Source of the DNA: a virus
DNA length: 64,000 nucleotides
Virus record (IMG/VR): IMGVR_UViG_3300043425_001673
Coordinates: 30,772-94,771 of that record
Direction: 5' to 3' (one strand)
The stretch's first letter is position 1; each line of letters opens with the position of its first letter. A program made the translations under genes and the position numbers. The notes under the pieces were generated by a model, which saw only the letters and a list, made by a program, of their open reading frames with translations, was not told where the DNA came from and did not search any database. This document shows positions 30,532 to 41,440 of the stretch, in pieces.

Positions 30532-30783
30532 CAATGGATAACGAGCAAATAGAATCAAACCATATCGTAACCAAACAAACCGACGAAACGGATTCGAGGG
30601 TAAGCATCTCACTCAGCATGCAGCGGAACCTTGGAAACTATGAGCATTGTCATTTCTCCATTCGTTACGAGCAGGCGTGCAGGTCTGATGATAGAGCCAT
30701 GATAACTGAAATTTTGGACAAGGAGGCTTCGCAATGGATTGCGAGGAGAAGCCATAAAATAGATCAATTCTTAAGGAAGAGAG

Positions 30784-32058
30784 ATGAAGACAAAGGTCAA
30801 GGTCAAAACAACCAAGGAACCTAAAAAACTCGAAAAAACAAGCAGCGCGGATATTGTGAAAAATAGATCCGAGCGGGAAAAAATCCTGATCGGTGATATT
30901 GAAAAGAAGTTTGGCCAGGGTTTGATCGGTCGGGCGGGCGATATTGGATATCGCTCCATACCAAGACTATCGACAGGTGTTTTTGCTTTGGATGTTGCGC
31001 TTGGCGGCGGCTGGGCAAAAGGTCGAGTGAACCTTGTCTGGGGACCGCAATCAAGCTGTAAAACCTACCTTATGCTTAAGATGATTGCCTCTGCACAGCA
31101 GCACGATTTTTATACCAACCTCCCGCTCAGTCATGTTGAGGATGGAAAGCCATACAAGATCGCCTATATAGATGTTGAAGGCGCACTGGATTTTGACTGG
31201 GCACAAAAGCTTGGTGTTGACCTGTCAGAACTTTATTATGTCCGACCTGAACACGCAGAGCAGGCGGCTGATATTGTGGAAAGCCTTATGGCCAGCGGCG
31301 TCTTTGATATCATTGTTTTGGATTCACTTGCAGCCATGACGCCTGAAAAGGAAATGGAAGGGGACATGGGGGATCAGACTGTTGGAACCCATGCAAGAAT
31401 CAACAACAAGATGTTCCGCAAAATCCAAAGCGTGATGAACAAGATCAGCAACGAGGATGGACATCTCACTCCGAGCCTTTTTGTTATCAATCAGGAGCGT
31501 GAAAAAATCGGCGTCATGTTTGGCAGCAACAAGATCAAGCCGGGTGGAAGAGGCCAGGACTTTTATACGACGATGGAAGTCCATACTCATTCACACAAGA
31601 TGGAATATTTCGATACCGAAAAAACGCTTCCCAAACATGCGCACTTCAGCTTCAAGGTTGAAAAGAACAAGGCTGCTCCACCAAAGATTGAAGGTCAATT
31701 CATATTGGCCGTTGCTGATGATCCAGAAGGAACATTTGAAGCGGGTGATGTGATGGAGGACGTGACGATTCACAACTACTCGGAGCGGCTTGGTCTTTTC
31801 AAAAAGATCGACAGTACAACCTGGGAAATGTGTGGAAAGATCTATAAAAGAAAAGGTGATCTTCTCGCTGAGTGGTATCAGGATCATGGCAATCGTGATC
31901 GTTTGAAAAGACAGATGCTTCAAATCCTTTTTCCAAAGGTCTTTGCGCATGTTCAAGAAAAAAGAGCCGAAGGAAGATCCGTTGAAGGCGTGGAGAACAA
32001 GGCCGAGGAACAACCAGCCGCCACAGAAATCGGATCACAAGACAGTCAGTCAGCATGA
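30784..32058 (+). CDS. recA: RecA-family recombinase
   Basis: STGVFALDVALGGG, GPQSSCKT, IDVEGALD, LDSLAAM, INQ.REKIGVMFG and KNKAAPP. Confidence 0.95.
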   Translation: MKTKVKVKTTKEPKKLEKTSSADIVKNRSEREKILIGDIEKKFGQGLIGRAGDIGYRSIPRLSTGVFALDVALGGGWAKGRVNLVWGPQSSCKTYLMLKMIASAQQHDFYTNLPLSHVEDGKPYKIAYIDVEGALDFDWAQKLGVDLSELYYVRPEHAEQAADIVESLMASGVFDIIVLDSLAAMTPEKEMEGDMGDQTVGTHARINNKMFRKIQSVMNKISNEDGHLTPSLFVINQEREKIGVMFGSNKIKPGGRGQDFYTTMEVHTHSHKMEYFDTEKTLPKHAHFSFKVEKNKAAPPKIEGQFILAVADDPEGTFEAGDVMEDVTIHNYSERLGLFKKIDSTTWEMCGKIYKRKGDLLAEWYQDHGNRDRLKRQMLQILFPKVFAHVQEKRAEGRSVEGVENKAEEQPAATEIGSQDSQSA

Positions 32059-32353
32059 ATCGCAAATATCGAGAGCGCTCGGTGGACAGGAGCACATAGG
32101 TTCGGGACGACTCACCGGATGGAAATCCGATGGAAGCAGTGAGTGGTATCAGATTGAGTGCAAACAAACTGAGAAGGCGTCGATCGGTATAAAGGTGGAA
32201 TGGCTTGATAAGATAACAGAAGAAGCCATGCCTTGCGGAAAAATTGGTATTGTAGCCATACGCTTTTTAAATGTTGAGAATCAGTTGACGCCACAGGATT
32301 GGATCTTGTGTCCTGCTTCAGAATTTTTTAGATTGCAGGCACTTCAGACTTGA
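31943..32353 (+). CDS. PD-(D/E)xK nuclease, Holliday-junction resolvase-like
   Basis: HE...A...GG...GSG...KSD...IECKQT pattern; follows recA. Confidence 0.7.
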   Translation: MRMFKKKEPKEDPLKAWRTRPRNNQPPQKSDHKTVSQHESQISRALGGQEHIGSGRLTGWKSDGSSEWYQIECKQTEKASIGIKVEWLDKITEEAMPCGKIGIVAIRFLNVENQLTPQDWILCPASEFFRLQALQT

Positions 32354-32446
32354 CCGCCGAAGTGAAGTCGTGATTCCATCCCATTCATGGAATCCATATT
32401 GATAAACAAATCGTGTGTTGCCAGGGATTGGTGACAAGGGTTTTTT

Positions 32447-32989
32447 GTGGCTGTTTCAGTTGGTTTGGATCTATCGCTTCGCCAGACTGGTGTTGCTGTT
32501 ATCACCGATACTGCCAAGGCTGAATACTTCAGTTTCGGTCGTGCCTTGTCGCAGGATGCAGGCAATTACGATAAGATCAAGCGATACATAGATTTGACAC
32601 AGGGAATTTTAAAGGTGCTGAAAAACTATCCAGACGCCTTTATCTCGATGGAGAACTATGGTTTTGGCGGTCCTGGGCTTGCTGTGCAGTGTGAGTTTGG
32701 TGGAATCGTAAAATCCCAGATATGGCTTGCCTATAAAAAGGTTCCGGTGACGCTTCCTTCCACCGTCATACGAAAGCTGCTTCTGGGAACGGATAAGACA
32801 GCGGGCACAATCAAGGAGCGTGTTGCCGACCGACTGAAGCTTCTGGGTTATCCGAAAGCCAAAAATTATGATGAAACGGATGCACTGGCTGTGGCGCATG
32901 TCGTCAGACAGCTTTTCACCGAAGCCAAAACGCCTTACGAAAATGAAATCCTTGGACGACTGATGCAGCAAATGAGTCGAGGGAGCTAA
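32447..32989 (+). CDS. RuvC-like resolvase
   Basis: GLDLSLRQTG, ME.Y, E..GIVK and DETDALAVA. Confidence 0.85.
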   Translation: MAVSVGLDLSLRQTGVAVITDTAKAEYFSFGRALSQDAGNYDKIKRYIDLTQGILKVLKNYPDAFISMENYGFGGPGLAVQCEFGGIVKSQIWLAYKKVPVTLPSTVIRKLLLGTDKTAGTIKERVADRLKLLGYPKAKNYDETDALAVAHVVRQLFTEAKTPYENEILGRLMQQMSRGS

Positions 32990-32993
32990 GCCG

Positions 32994-33329
32994 GTGCAAG
33001 AAGTCAACTTAACGTTGCTATCTGGAAATGTAAGCAAAATTGACTATAGCAAAACCATAAAAGTGCAGGATGAAGTCGCGTCATTCACGTTATGTGTTGA
33101 CCGTGACGGCCAAAATACTACACTGGTCAGAGTCAATGCGTATGGTTCTCTTGTGCCGCGACTCAGGGATTTCGCCGTGCAGCCGGGGGATTTTCTCATC
33201 GTGCAGGGTGAACTGATGAATCGTTATCTGCAGTCGAAACAGGCCAAGACGCTTGAATTGAAGTTACTGGACTTTAAAAAGGTCCCAATCCAAAAAGGTG
33301 ATCGCTATGCAGAATCAACAGGGAGTTGA
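32994..33329 (+). CDS. OB-fold SSB/PriB-like protein without acidic tail
   Basis: NLTLLSGNV, ASFTL, VNAYG and GD..IVQGEL. Confidence 0.7.
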   Translation: MQEVNLTLLSGNVSKIDYSKTIKVQDEVASFTLCVDRDGQNTTLVRVNAYGSLVPRLRDFAVQPGDFLIVQGELMNRYLQSKQAKTLELKLLDFKKVPIQKGDRYAESTGS

Positions 33330-34323
33330 GTTGGTCGAAGACATGCCTTTCGTTACCGATGAACCAGCCGATGATCCACAAATGCTTGTGACGATCGACG
33401 CTGACTCGGGTGAAATTGAAGAAGAAGAAATGCCCGAGGATACTCCCGAGAATCGAGCGATCCTTGATCGTGTAAAGAATGCGAAGCACAATCTCACCAA
33501 TCAATGGCTGCAGCTTGCTGCTGATCTATATGAAGTTCAGGAAAAAAAGCTTCATCGCCTTGCAGGCTTTGAAAAGCTGGATCAATATTTCAGTCATGTT
33601 ATCGACAACACACCACGCTATGGTTTTGAACTCACCGCACTTCATAAATATTTTCACATCGAACTCAAAGGCATGCTTGTGGACCGTCCAGAGGTTCATC
33701 AGTCTGTTGTTGAGAAGATCAAAAACATTGGCGTTACCAAGACCAAGGAAATCGCCAAGGGCAAAATTAAAGATCCAGATGTCCTTGTCCAACTCATCGA
33801 CGAAATCAGCCAGCCGCAGGAAAACGGTTACATGGCCACGGTTGAGCAGGTCAAGGAGAAGATCAACAACTATAAGCTTGCCCTCAAGGAAACGGTCGGC
33901 AGTGTTGAACTCGATGAGAAGGAAAGAAAGCGCAAGGAGCGCCAGGAGCAGAACAAGAAGGAAATTTTCAAATTTAAAATTCCTTATGGACAGGCTGAAA
34001 AAGTAAAGGAAGCGCTTTCGCGTGTCATTACAAAGCACGGGATGGACGACAATGAAAAGTCCAAGTCGCTGGCCTTCTTTCGTATCTGTGAGGAATGGCA
34101 AATTGAAAATCAGGCGGCGGTTGATGGAACCCGTCCTGGCCTTGAGTCTGAACTGAAACGTCTTGAGGATATCTATTCCTGTAAGCTTGTCGCCTTCCCG
34201 GCTGATGCATCGGGCAATCTCAGAGTGGATGCCGAGGGCATGTCCATCATGTTTGGTGAGGAAACCTTTGCCGAAATCGTTGCAGAGGATGATGAGCCAG
34301 CCGAAGAAAAAACTGTCAGCTAA
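33298..34323 (+). CDS. Hypothetical helical protein
   Basis: 341-aa acidic/helical ORF; no confident family. Confidence 0.6.
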   Translation: MIAMQNQQGVELVEDMPFVTDEPADDPQMLVTIDADSGEIEEEEMPEDTPENRAILDRVKNAKHNLTNQWLQLAADLYEVQEKKLHRLAGFEKLDQYFSHVIDNTPRYGFELTALHKYFHIELKGMLVDRPEVHQSVVEKIKNIGVTKTKEIAKGKIKDPDVLVQLIDEISQPQENGYMATVEQVKEKINNYKLALKETVGSVELDEKERKRKERQEQNKKEIFKFKIPYGQAEKVKEALSRVITKHGMDDNEKSKSLAFFRICEEWQIENQAAVDGTRPGLESELKRLEDIYSCKLVAFPADASGNLRVDAEGMSIMFGEETFAEIVAEDDEPAEEKTVS

Positions 34324-34373
34324 GCAAAACCCTGGTCTTTTGCGGTATAATCACAAGGGACCAGGAAAACCCA

Positions 34374-34391
34374 AGTGAACTTGAGTTCACT
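34374..34391. promoter_or_regulatory. 18-bp palindromic site, copy 3 (AGTGAACTTGAGTTCACT)
   Basis: Intergenic, about 22 nt downstream of a TATAAT at 34346. Confidence 0.8.
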
Positions 34392-34486
34392 TTTTGAAAT
34401 TTTCCTGGTTTGGGGGAATTTCGATGTCTTGCACTACCGAAGTCTATTTTAGAAAAATTTTAAATATAGAGGCAGTAGTCAATCGC

Positions 34487-34846
34487 ATGGGTTGTAACCA
34501 GACCATATACTTGGTCCAGTGTGATACCGGACCAAAACTGTCGTTCACCATTCTCGATTGTGATTCCCAATCAGTTCTTACTGGTGTCAGTGGAGTCAAG
34601 CTTTTCCTGAACAGGATCAGCAGCTGTGGTGTATCCGAGTGCAATATCACCAACGAAGGTCATGAGAGTCTTTCCGGTGTCGATCCCGTCAACGGAAAGT
34701 GGACCTATGTGCTTCAGCCGGGTGATGTGTCGGGAGCGGGGACCTATTTTGCTGATTTGACCGTCTACTATGATGATGGTCTTTGTGAAACCAACTTTCA
34801 GCCGATTCGCATTTTTGTAAGAGAAAGCTGCAAACCATGTTGTTAA
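34487..34846 (+). CDS. BppU-like baseplate/Ig-like structural protein
   Basis: VQ.DTGP.L.FTI.D...LTG...G...Y....GD...AGTYFADLTV pattern; Cys-rich. Confidence 0.55.
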   Translation: MGCNQTIYLVQCDTGPKLSFTILDCDSQSVLTGVSGVKLFLNRISSCGVSECNITNEGHESLSGVDPVNGKWTYVLQPGDVSGAGTYFADLTVYYDDGLCETNFQPIRIFVRESCKPCC

Positions 34847-36532
34847 ACGAAAATGGCATTCGCTTCGATCAAATGGGAAAGGTTCTCTGGCATGATGAAA
34901 AGCAGGGACTGACCATCTATGCCGGAAATATTTTTGAGGGAAGAACCGTCAAGGGCAACACCAATCTCGTTGTTGCCATGAGGGTTCTGCAAGGCCAGAT
35001 GTATTACATGCACGGTGACAAAGCCAAAAAGGTTCCAGTGGAAACCTTTGTCCGTGCGGTTTTGAATGGTGATCTTATTCCCCGGAATGTAAAAGAGGTT
35101 GACGCTGAACGCCTGAGCATGTGCGCAATAGGACTTGATAGCATTGCCAATCGGCGCACAGCCGAGGAAACAATCAAATTCTATGGCGATCAGGCTGAGG
35201 AACGTTTTAACGCATCCTGACAAAATGGTCTTACGGTTACAGGGTGATTTGAATGAAAACTGAAATTGCGATGAAGTTCAAGCTGCCGAAGGAATCTTAT
35301 GAATATGAGATATACAGTCAGGCAGAGGATATGCACCGGGTATTGAACGATATGCAAAAGTTCCTGTTTTCGGGCAATCAGGATTTGAATCTTGAGGACA
35401 TCCAGGGATACTGGCGGGATGTCACTTCCGGTTTGAAGCTATGAACAAAAAGCGCATTTCAAAGCGAATACCAATCAGTGACAAGCTTGCAACGGATCAG
35501 GTTGGCATTCAAAGGCTTGAGGAACTGAAAAGCCTTTTTGAAAGGCATCGACTGACAAAAACGCAGAGATATCTGGCCACGATCAATGTGCTGAAGTCTT
35601 TGCAGCTTGATAAACGTCTTTGGCGCATCCAGGATGGAAGCCTAGTTGAATAGGGATTGATATGGAAATCAGACTTAAGGAAGGCGCAAGCCTTCGCTGT
35701 GAGATTACGGGAACAGAGGAAAAGGCGCTGGTGAAACTTCAAACCGATTCGGGCGAAACTCCCTGGATGGGAATTGAAGCTTTAAGAAAGGCTTATCGGA
35801 TTCTGGCTCCAATTGCACAGGAGCCACAGGAACTTGAGCCGATCGTTCAAAAAAAAAGAGAACCTGACATTCATCTTTTGACCGATCCTCCCCAGCTGCA
35901 GGTTCAGCCCGCTCCCCAGCCGCAGGCAAAAAGGCAGCTGTCGCAGTCCGATATACAGAACCTCAGTGAGTTTCAAAACCAGCTGGTTGACCTGATCAAT
36001 GATCCCCCGCCGATGAACGATCGTGGTGGTGCTGATGGACTCTCGGAAGCGCACATAAGGGGGCTGATCCGTGATCACCAGGGACGATTTCAAGACCCGA
36101 GTGCGCTTTATCCAATTCTTCAAAGGCACCTTGGCATGGCTAGGGATCGCTTCGAGAAAATAATTGAGATGAACCAGAAGAATAGAGCCTAAGATGGAAA
36201 CTGAAGTCACGATAATCGAAGGTCCAACGTATCAATATGTCCCATCGCTCGATGGTTCATACTATGTGAAGGTTGAACTTGTCAAAGGCGTGACAAGGGT
36301 TGATAACTATTCGGACCGGGAAATGATCTATCACAGGACTTCGTATGCTTCATCCGTTAGCGGCGAATATGAGACGCTGTGGCTGAGGCCGTTTGGATAT
36401 GAAAGTGTCTCAGGAACCGATTACAGATCTTGATGAGTTTGCAAAAGAGGAACACAGAAAGGCCATGGACGGCTGCAGTGGAATGTTCTTTTCACTTTTC
36501 TCCATGGCCATTCTTTGGATTCTCCTGGGGGT

Positions 36533-36757
36533 ATGGCTTTGGATGCGGAATTGAAACGGACCAAGTGTGTTGTGGCTCGAAAGTTTGGTGAGTCGGTCTA
36601 TGTTGGTGAAAGCAAAATAACCATCCAAAAAAAGAAGAGAAGTCAAAACACTTTTCTTCTTGTCATCGAGGCTCCCCCGGACATCGTCATTCTCCGGGAG
36701 GAAATCAGTGAAAAATATAGTGGGCAAAATGAGCCAAGCGCAGTTGATCCATGTTAA
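36533..36757 (+). CDS. csrA: CsrA/RsmA-like RNA-binding translational regulator
   Basis: VVARKFGESVYVG...ITI...LVIEAPPDIVILREEI parallels CsrA LILTRRVGETLMIG...IGVNAPKEVSVHREEI. Confidence 0.75.
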   Translation: MALDAELKRTKCVVARKFGESVYVGESKITIQKKKRSQNTFLLVIEAPPDIVILREEISEKYSGQNEPSAVDPC

Positions 36758-37878
36758 TGTTATGTAAAAGACATTGACGTGGAGCGCCTCATGATTGACG
36801 CTTACAAGGGTTTGCGAAGCAGCTATGACTTCGGCATGCTTCAGATACAAACGCCAAGTTTCGCTGTCACCTTCAGCAGCCGTGATCGAACAGTCGTTGT
36901 TTTTTTCAAGCTTGGATTTTTGGATATGAGGCCGGTTTTCTATTTCGATGTGAAGGACTATCTCGTTCTCAATCGAAATAACAGGCCAAAGCCTGAGATA
37001 GATGAAAATGCGTTGAAGGAAGCTGTGATAAAAAAGGCTTCGCAGCACTTTGATACGTTTTATATCAGAACTGATGAAAGAGAGGATTTTATTGTCACAA
37101 GTCCTCTTGAAACTATGGGAGTAAAAGAGGAACACAGGCTTGTTTGTCTTGCCCTTGAGCGAAAAATAATCCCGTTTGAGGAATACTTTGAATCAGAGGG
37201 CATCGGTTGATTTCCACCATTGCTGGGCATTTTTTGTGATGTCAAGAAATTCTTCCAGACTGATCCTCAAAAGTTTTTCGTCAACTATGAGCCAAAAATG
37301 TTGTGTCAGAGTTTTCACAGCGGCTATACTCATGGAACTGTCCCAGAGAAAAATAGGCTGTTTTTCGTTCCAGGTTTTGCCGATGGATTTTCCAAACAGC
37401 AAAAGATCCTCAGTTGACGTGGCATGATCCAGGTCCTGAAGGTGGATCATAAAAAAGCTTCTCATGGTGTGTGCCTCATGAAAATTTTGTTTTTGTCTGA
37501 TAAGAGCGTAAACTATTCACAGGAAAACCTCGAAAAGATTTTCAAGACAGCCGTTCTCCCATCGCTTCACTCCATCGAGGAAATTGCAATCGTCACAGCA
37601 TCAGAGCCTGAACTTTTTGCCATTCGCTGGGCAAGAAAGCTTCGCATTCCCTATCTTGGCTTTCTTTATAATGTTCAGGCCGCTTTGGATTATGCTGATC
37701 ATGTGATTTTGATCGGTGAAAGCTGTGAAGATGTTTTGCCTGAAATTGAAAAAAGGGGTAAAACATATCTTCGATGTTTTATGAGCGAAGGGCTTTCCTC
37801 GTTTGAAGGACTTCAACCAGTGAAAGCCTGATTTTATGAACCCAATACTTTTTATTGTGGCCAATGGAATTTTGATTT

Positions 37879-38394
37879 TTGCGATATCGTATTTGTGCGG
37901 TGCTCTTATCGCGCTATACGGTAACAAAGATGACAAAAGGCATGATGATGAATGATGTTTCACAGATTTTTTTGATTTTGCTGATGTTTGAATTCAAGAA
38001 GCTTCTTTGTGATTATCCGATTCATCCGACATTCATTTTGAAAAAGTTCCAATCAGAAAACTACAAGGCGTTTGCCTTTCATTCCTTTGTCCATTCGTTC
38101 TTCACCTTTCTCATTATCAGCATCATGACCGATGCAGACATGGGACTGTCTCTCACGCTTTCATTCTTTGAATATATCGTTCACTTCGCTCTATCGCTTT
38201 GGAAGAGTCGCAGTCAGCTTATGGCAAGGTTTCGTCCCCTTGACCTTGATGAATTTTTGGTCGCTGACAAAAAATCAAAATTCCATCACCGCATGTATTG
38301 GGGTATCTTTGCTGTCGATCGCATGATTCATCAGGGACTTTATCTTTTGATCCTTTATGTTCTTTGCAGTCGTGGCCTTGTCTATATCATGTAA
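37879..38394 (+). CDS. Membrane protein, DUF3307-like
   Basis: DYP, HSFVH, HF and DRMIH motifs with hydrophobic helices. Confidence 0.6.
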   Translation: MRYRICAVLLSRYTVTKMTKGMMMNDVSQIFLILLMFEFKKLLCDYPIHPTFILKKFQSENYKAFAFHSFVHSFFTFLIISIMTDADMGLSLTLSFFEYIVHFALSLWKSRSQLMARFRPLDLDEFLVADKKSKFHHRMYWGIFAVDRMIHQGLYLLILYVLCSRGLVYIM

Positions 38395-38404
38395 GGATGA
38401 AGCG

Positions 38405-38806
38405 ATGAGATTTGGTATTTTGGTTTTTGTGTCTTTGGTTTTTTGTTCATGCACCAATAAGGAAAAGGTTTCCTTTGAGACAGCTGAGGAAGCGAGAAAA
38501 GTCGCAAGGGAGAATTCGGGAGTGCTTGCCCGTCAATTCCGAGCCGAAATGAAGATGGATGATTATGACCTGATGCTGCGTGGTGATTCGACGATTACAG
38601 TTGATTGCCCGCAAGGTGATGGTTGGGCTTCGATTGACATGCTGAACAAAAAAACAGGTGAAACCGTTAAACTCAAGTGCTCCACGGTATCAGCAGGCAT
38701 AGGCTGCATTCTTGATTCAGACTTCAAGCAGCGTGCCCAGTATGCAAACAAGGAAGGTAACTGTGACAAGGACGTTCCTCATCCACTTCCAAAGATCATG
38801 AACTGA
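38405..38806 (+). CDS. Cys-rich lipoprotein
   Basis: Signal peptide ending FCSC; several further Cys. Confidence 0.55.
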   Translation: MRFGILVFVSLVFCSCTNKEKVSFETAEEARKVARENSGVLARQFRAEMKMDDYDLMLRGDSTITVDCPQGDGWASIDMLNKKTGETVKLKCSTVSAGIGCILDSDFKQRAQYANKEGNCDKDVPHPLPKIMN

Positions 38807-39044
38807 TGATTGCTGTTACGCTATATCAGCCTGAACTTCACACGTTCAAAAGCATCAAGCCCTACTACACTCATCGAAAGGAAGTGCGGGGGTTTTATCT
38901 TCCCGCTCCTTTTGAAGCCGCTGATGAGTCCTGGTATCGTTATCTCTTAAGGGAATTTATCCATATTGATGGAGTGCGGTATCTGGCAAACTCGGTATCG
39001 CTGGTGGATAGGGACACGATTCTTGTGATGGTATCGAGCCTGTG

Positions 39045-39077
39045 AAAAAAGGCAGGAAATCAATGATTCCCTGCCTT
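39045..39077 (-). terminator. Terminator between convergent genes
   Basis: AAGGCAGG...CCTGCCTT stem preceded by an A run (U-tract on the minus strand). Confidence 0.65.
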
Positions 39078-39434
39078 CGTATGGATAGACGACGTTGTTG
39101 CTCCGCTTCACATCCTACCGTTTTTTTTCTTCGACATCCATTTTCTGAATACGCTGGAAATCCATTTCACTGACACCATAAGACTTCCAGTCACCATCAA
39201 GCCGATCATAACCATAGATATCAGGATCAGTGTTGTCATGATTGCAAACTCCCTCGCAATGGTTCGCATGACTCCGTTCCCCTGTGATCGCCTTATCCTT
39301 GGGCGAAAGGAAAAGGCGCGAGTAGGTAATGCTGAAGACAAGAATGAAAATGGAAATGAGGATGAATAGGTATTTTCTCATGTCCCCGCCTTTCATGATA
39401 GTCTAAAAGGAACAGAGACATAATAGCACAGTGC

Positions 39435-39791
39435 TTATTTTTTAGGTAGGGTGTCGTCAAAACATTTGTGCTGCGGACCATCGAGTTGAACATCGGAAAG
39501 ATCGTACTTGGTCATGAGCAGCCTGAGCATGATGTTGTTGCCCGGTCCCAGCTGATTCATGAGCCAGCCAATGCAATGCGCCTCATCGCCAACGGGTGAC
39601 TCATGGCAGGCCATAACCCGAATCGTAGGCTCAAGCCTATGGCGGGATACATCATTGGCTATGGTTCCCCTCAGATGCTCATGCTTTTTTTCGTCATAGC
39701 CGTTTGGAATATCGCGGGGATTGGTTGATTTCTTCCAAGGGCATTTTGCGCATTGTCTGGTTCTTTTTAGCTGTTGTTTTTCATGGCTCAT
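39435..39791 (-). CDS. Cys/His metal-binding hypothetical protein (DUF6283-like)
   Basis: CAKCPW...MACHES...HCIGWL. Confidence 0.6.
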   Translation of the reverse strand: MSHEKQQLKRTRQCAKCPWKKSTNPRDIPNGYDEKKHEHLRGTIANDVSRHRLEPTIRVMACHESPVGDEAHCIGWLMNQLGPGNNIMLRLLMTKYDLSDVQLDGPQHKCFDDTLPKK

Positions 39792-39829
39792 TCCGGCAAT
39801 CCTTATTTCTGATTCAGCGGAGTCATATC

Positions 39830-40363
39830 ATGAAAAAAACAGCATTGAAAATTGAAGATGCCTTTTTCTTTGATCGTATCAGGCCAGAGGACAGGCGCGG
39901 TTTCTTTACAACGGTTTACCAAAGTGACTGGCATGAACTCGGTCCCGAGGTTCAGTTTAACGTGAGCCAAAGCCGCAAGGGTGTCTTTCGCGGACTTCAT
40001 TATAGCCAGGGCACTCAGCCGGAAGCCAAGTTTGTATCGGTCCTGAAGGGTGAGATACTGGACTTCATCTTTGATGTAAGGCCAGGGAGCAAAACCTATG
40101 GCATCATCCAGGCTGTGAAAATTTCATCCTATCCCCCGCGCACGATTTATATCCCGCCTGGGTGTGCGCATGGCTTTGTGGCTCTCGATGATTCGCTTGT
40201 TGCTTATGCAGCAACGAAGCTTTGGAATCCCGAGGATGAGCGTGGATACAATTGGCAAAGCGATGCGACTGGTTTTTTTATCAAGACCAACATGGAATAT
40301 GAATACATAGATCCATCAAAGATCATCATCAGTGACAAGGATCAAGTTCTGCCATTTTTTTGA
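39830..40363 (+). CDS. rmlC: dTDP-4-dehydrorhamnose 3,5-epimerase
   Basis: DRRGFF, QFNVSQSRKGVFRGLHY, DVRPGSKTYG, IPPGCAHGF and ISDKD. Confidence 0.92.
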   Translation: MKKTALKIEDAFFFDRIRPEDRRGFFTTVYQSDWHELGPEVQFNVSQSRKGVFRGLHYSQGTQPEAKFVSVLKGEILDFIFDVRPGSKTYGIIQAVKISSYPPRTIYIPPGCAHGFVALDDSLVAYAATKLWNPEDERGYNWQSDATGFFIKTNMEYEYIDPSKIIISDKDQVLPFF

Positions 40364-40375
40364 GGTTTTAGACTT

Positions 40376-41107
40376 ATGGAAACATTGCCTTCGGATCAGG
40401 TGTCTTATGTAGCCTTTGTGGACTTTGAAACAACCGGACTTGATACCCAAAAGGATTTTGCTGTTGAGTTTGCGGCTGTCGTTTATGAACCTTTAACTCG
40501 CAGGTATATCAAAAGTTTTGAAGAGATAGTAGGAACCACGATTGATGCTTGGCATCTTAAAACTCTTTCCGAAATCAGCCGCATTGAGGCAAGAGATCTT
40601 TCACTTTTTTATAACCCTTCGCTTGAGCAGTTCCGCTATTTTTATCATCTCTGCAGGGAGCGCTTCATCACAACCATCGTTGCTCATAACGCTGAGTTTG
40701 ATCGTTCGTTCTTTGATCGACTCTGTCAGTCGCATAATCTTCCGCTTCTTGAGGTGCGGTGGATGTGCAGCTTCAAGGATTTCAGTTATAGGGATGGTAT
40801 CAAAGCCAAATCTCTTAGTTATCTCTGTGCCGATCATGGGGTATTGAACCCGATTCCTCACCGTGGATTGGCCGACTGTTTTGGGCTTTTTTTCATCGCA
40901 AGACAGTATGACTGGAATGAACTGACAATAAATGCCAACTATCCATCCATCCAGCTTCAGGCCATGGTTTCTTATCATGATCGGCAAAAGGCAAAGGACG
41001 CCGGGTTCAGATGGGACGGATCGCGGTGGATCATGGACGCAAAAGAGACGCCTGATTTTCAGAAGGTCATTGAGACATTTCCCTTCCGGGTTGAGAAGGT
41101 GAAGTAA
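40376..41107 (+). CDS. DnaQ-like DEDDh 3'-5' exonuclease
   Basis: DFETTG, AHNAEFD and HRGLADC, plus a C-terminal AKDAGFRWD module. Confidence 0.9.
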   Translation: METLPSDQVSYVAFVDFETTGLDTQKDFAVEFAAVVYEPLTRRYIKSFEEIVGTTIDAWHLKTLSEISRIEARDLSLFYNPSLEQFRYFYHLCRERFITTIVAHNAEFDRSFFDRLCQSHNLPLLEVRWMCSFKDFSYRDGIKAKSLSYLCADHGVLNPIPHRGLADCFGLFFIARQYDWNELTINANYPSIQLQAMVSYHDRQKAKDAGFRWDGSRWIMDAKETPDFQKVIETFPFRVEKVK

Positions 41108-41136
41108 TCGACAAGCTTTCCTCAAATGGCTATAAT
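41108..41136 (+). promoter_or_regulatory. Sigma70-like promoter
   Basis: TCGACA-17 nt-TATAAT, upstream of 41163 and the second fibre cassette. Confidence 0.65.
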
Positions 41137-41400
41137 TTGAGATACAGTGCGGACCAGAGGAATTGATGCTGCTCAGTGAACTCATAAATTCTTTGATGCA
41201 AATGAGAGCCCAGCTGCCAGCGGACTCCGACAATCCAAGAATCATGATCCTTCGTGACGGCGAACTGCGACCTGACATAGGTTTTGGTGTGATCAGTGTT
41301 GAGGAATTCGGGGAAAATTTCCTGATGTTTTGCAGCCAGGATGACATCGAGGAAGGTCCAGATTTTCCCGGTCCGCATTTAAGGCTTATTAAAGATTCCG

Positions 41401-41418
41401 ACTGAACTTGAATTCAGT
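41401..41418. promoter_or_regulatory. 18-bp palindromic site, copy 4 (ACTGAACTTGAATTCAGT)
   Basis: Contains the stop of 41163..41405; lies upstream of the fibre gene RBS. Confidence 0.8.
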
Positions 41419-41440
41419 TGACTTATAAAGGCAAGGAAAA

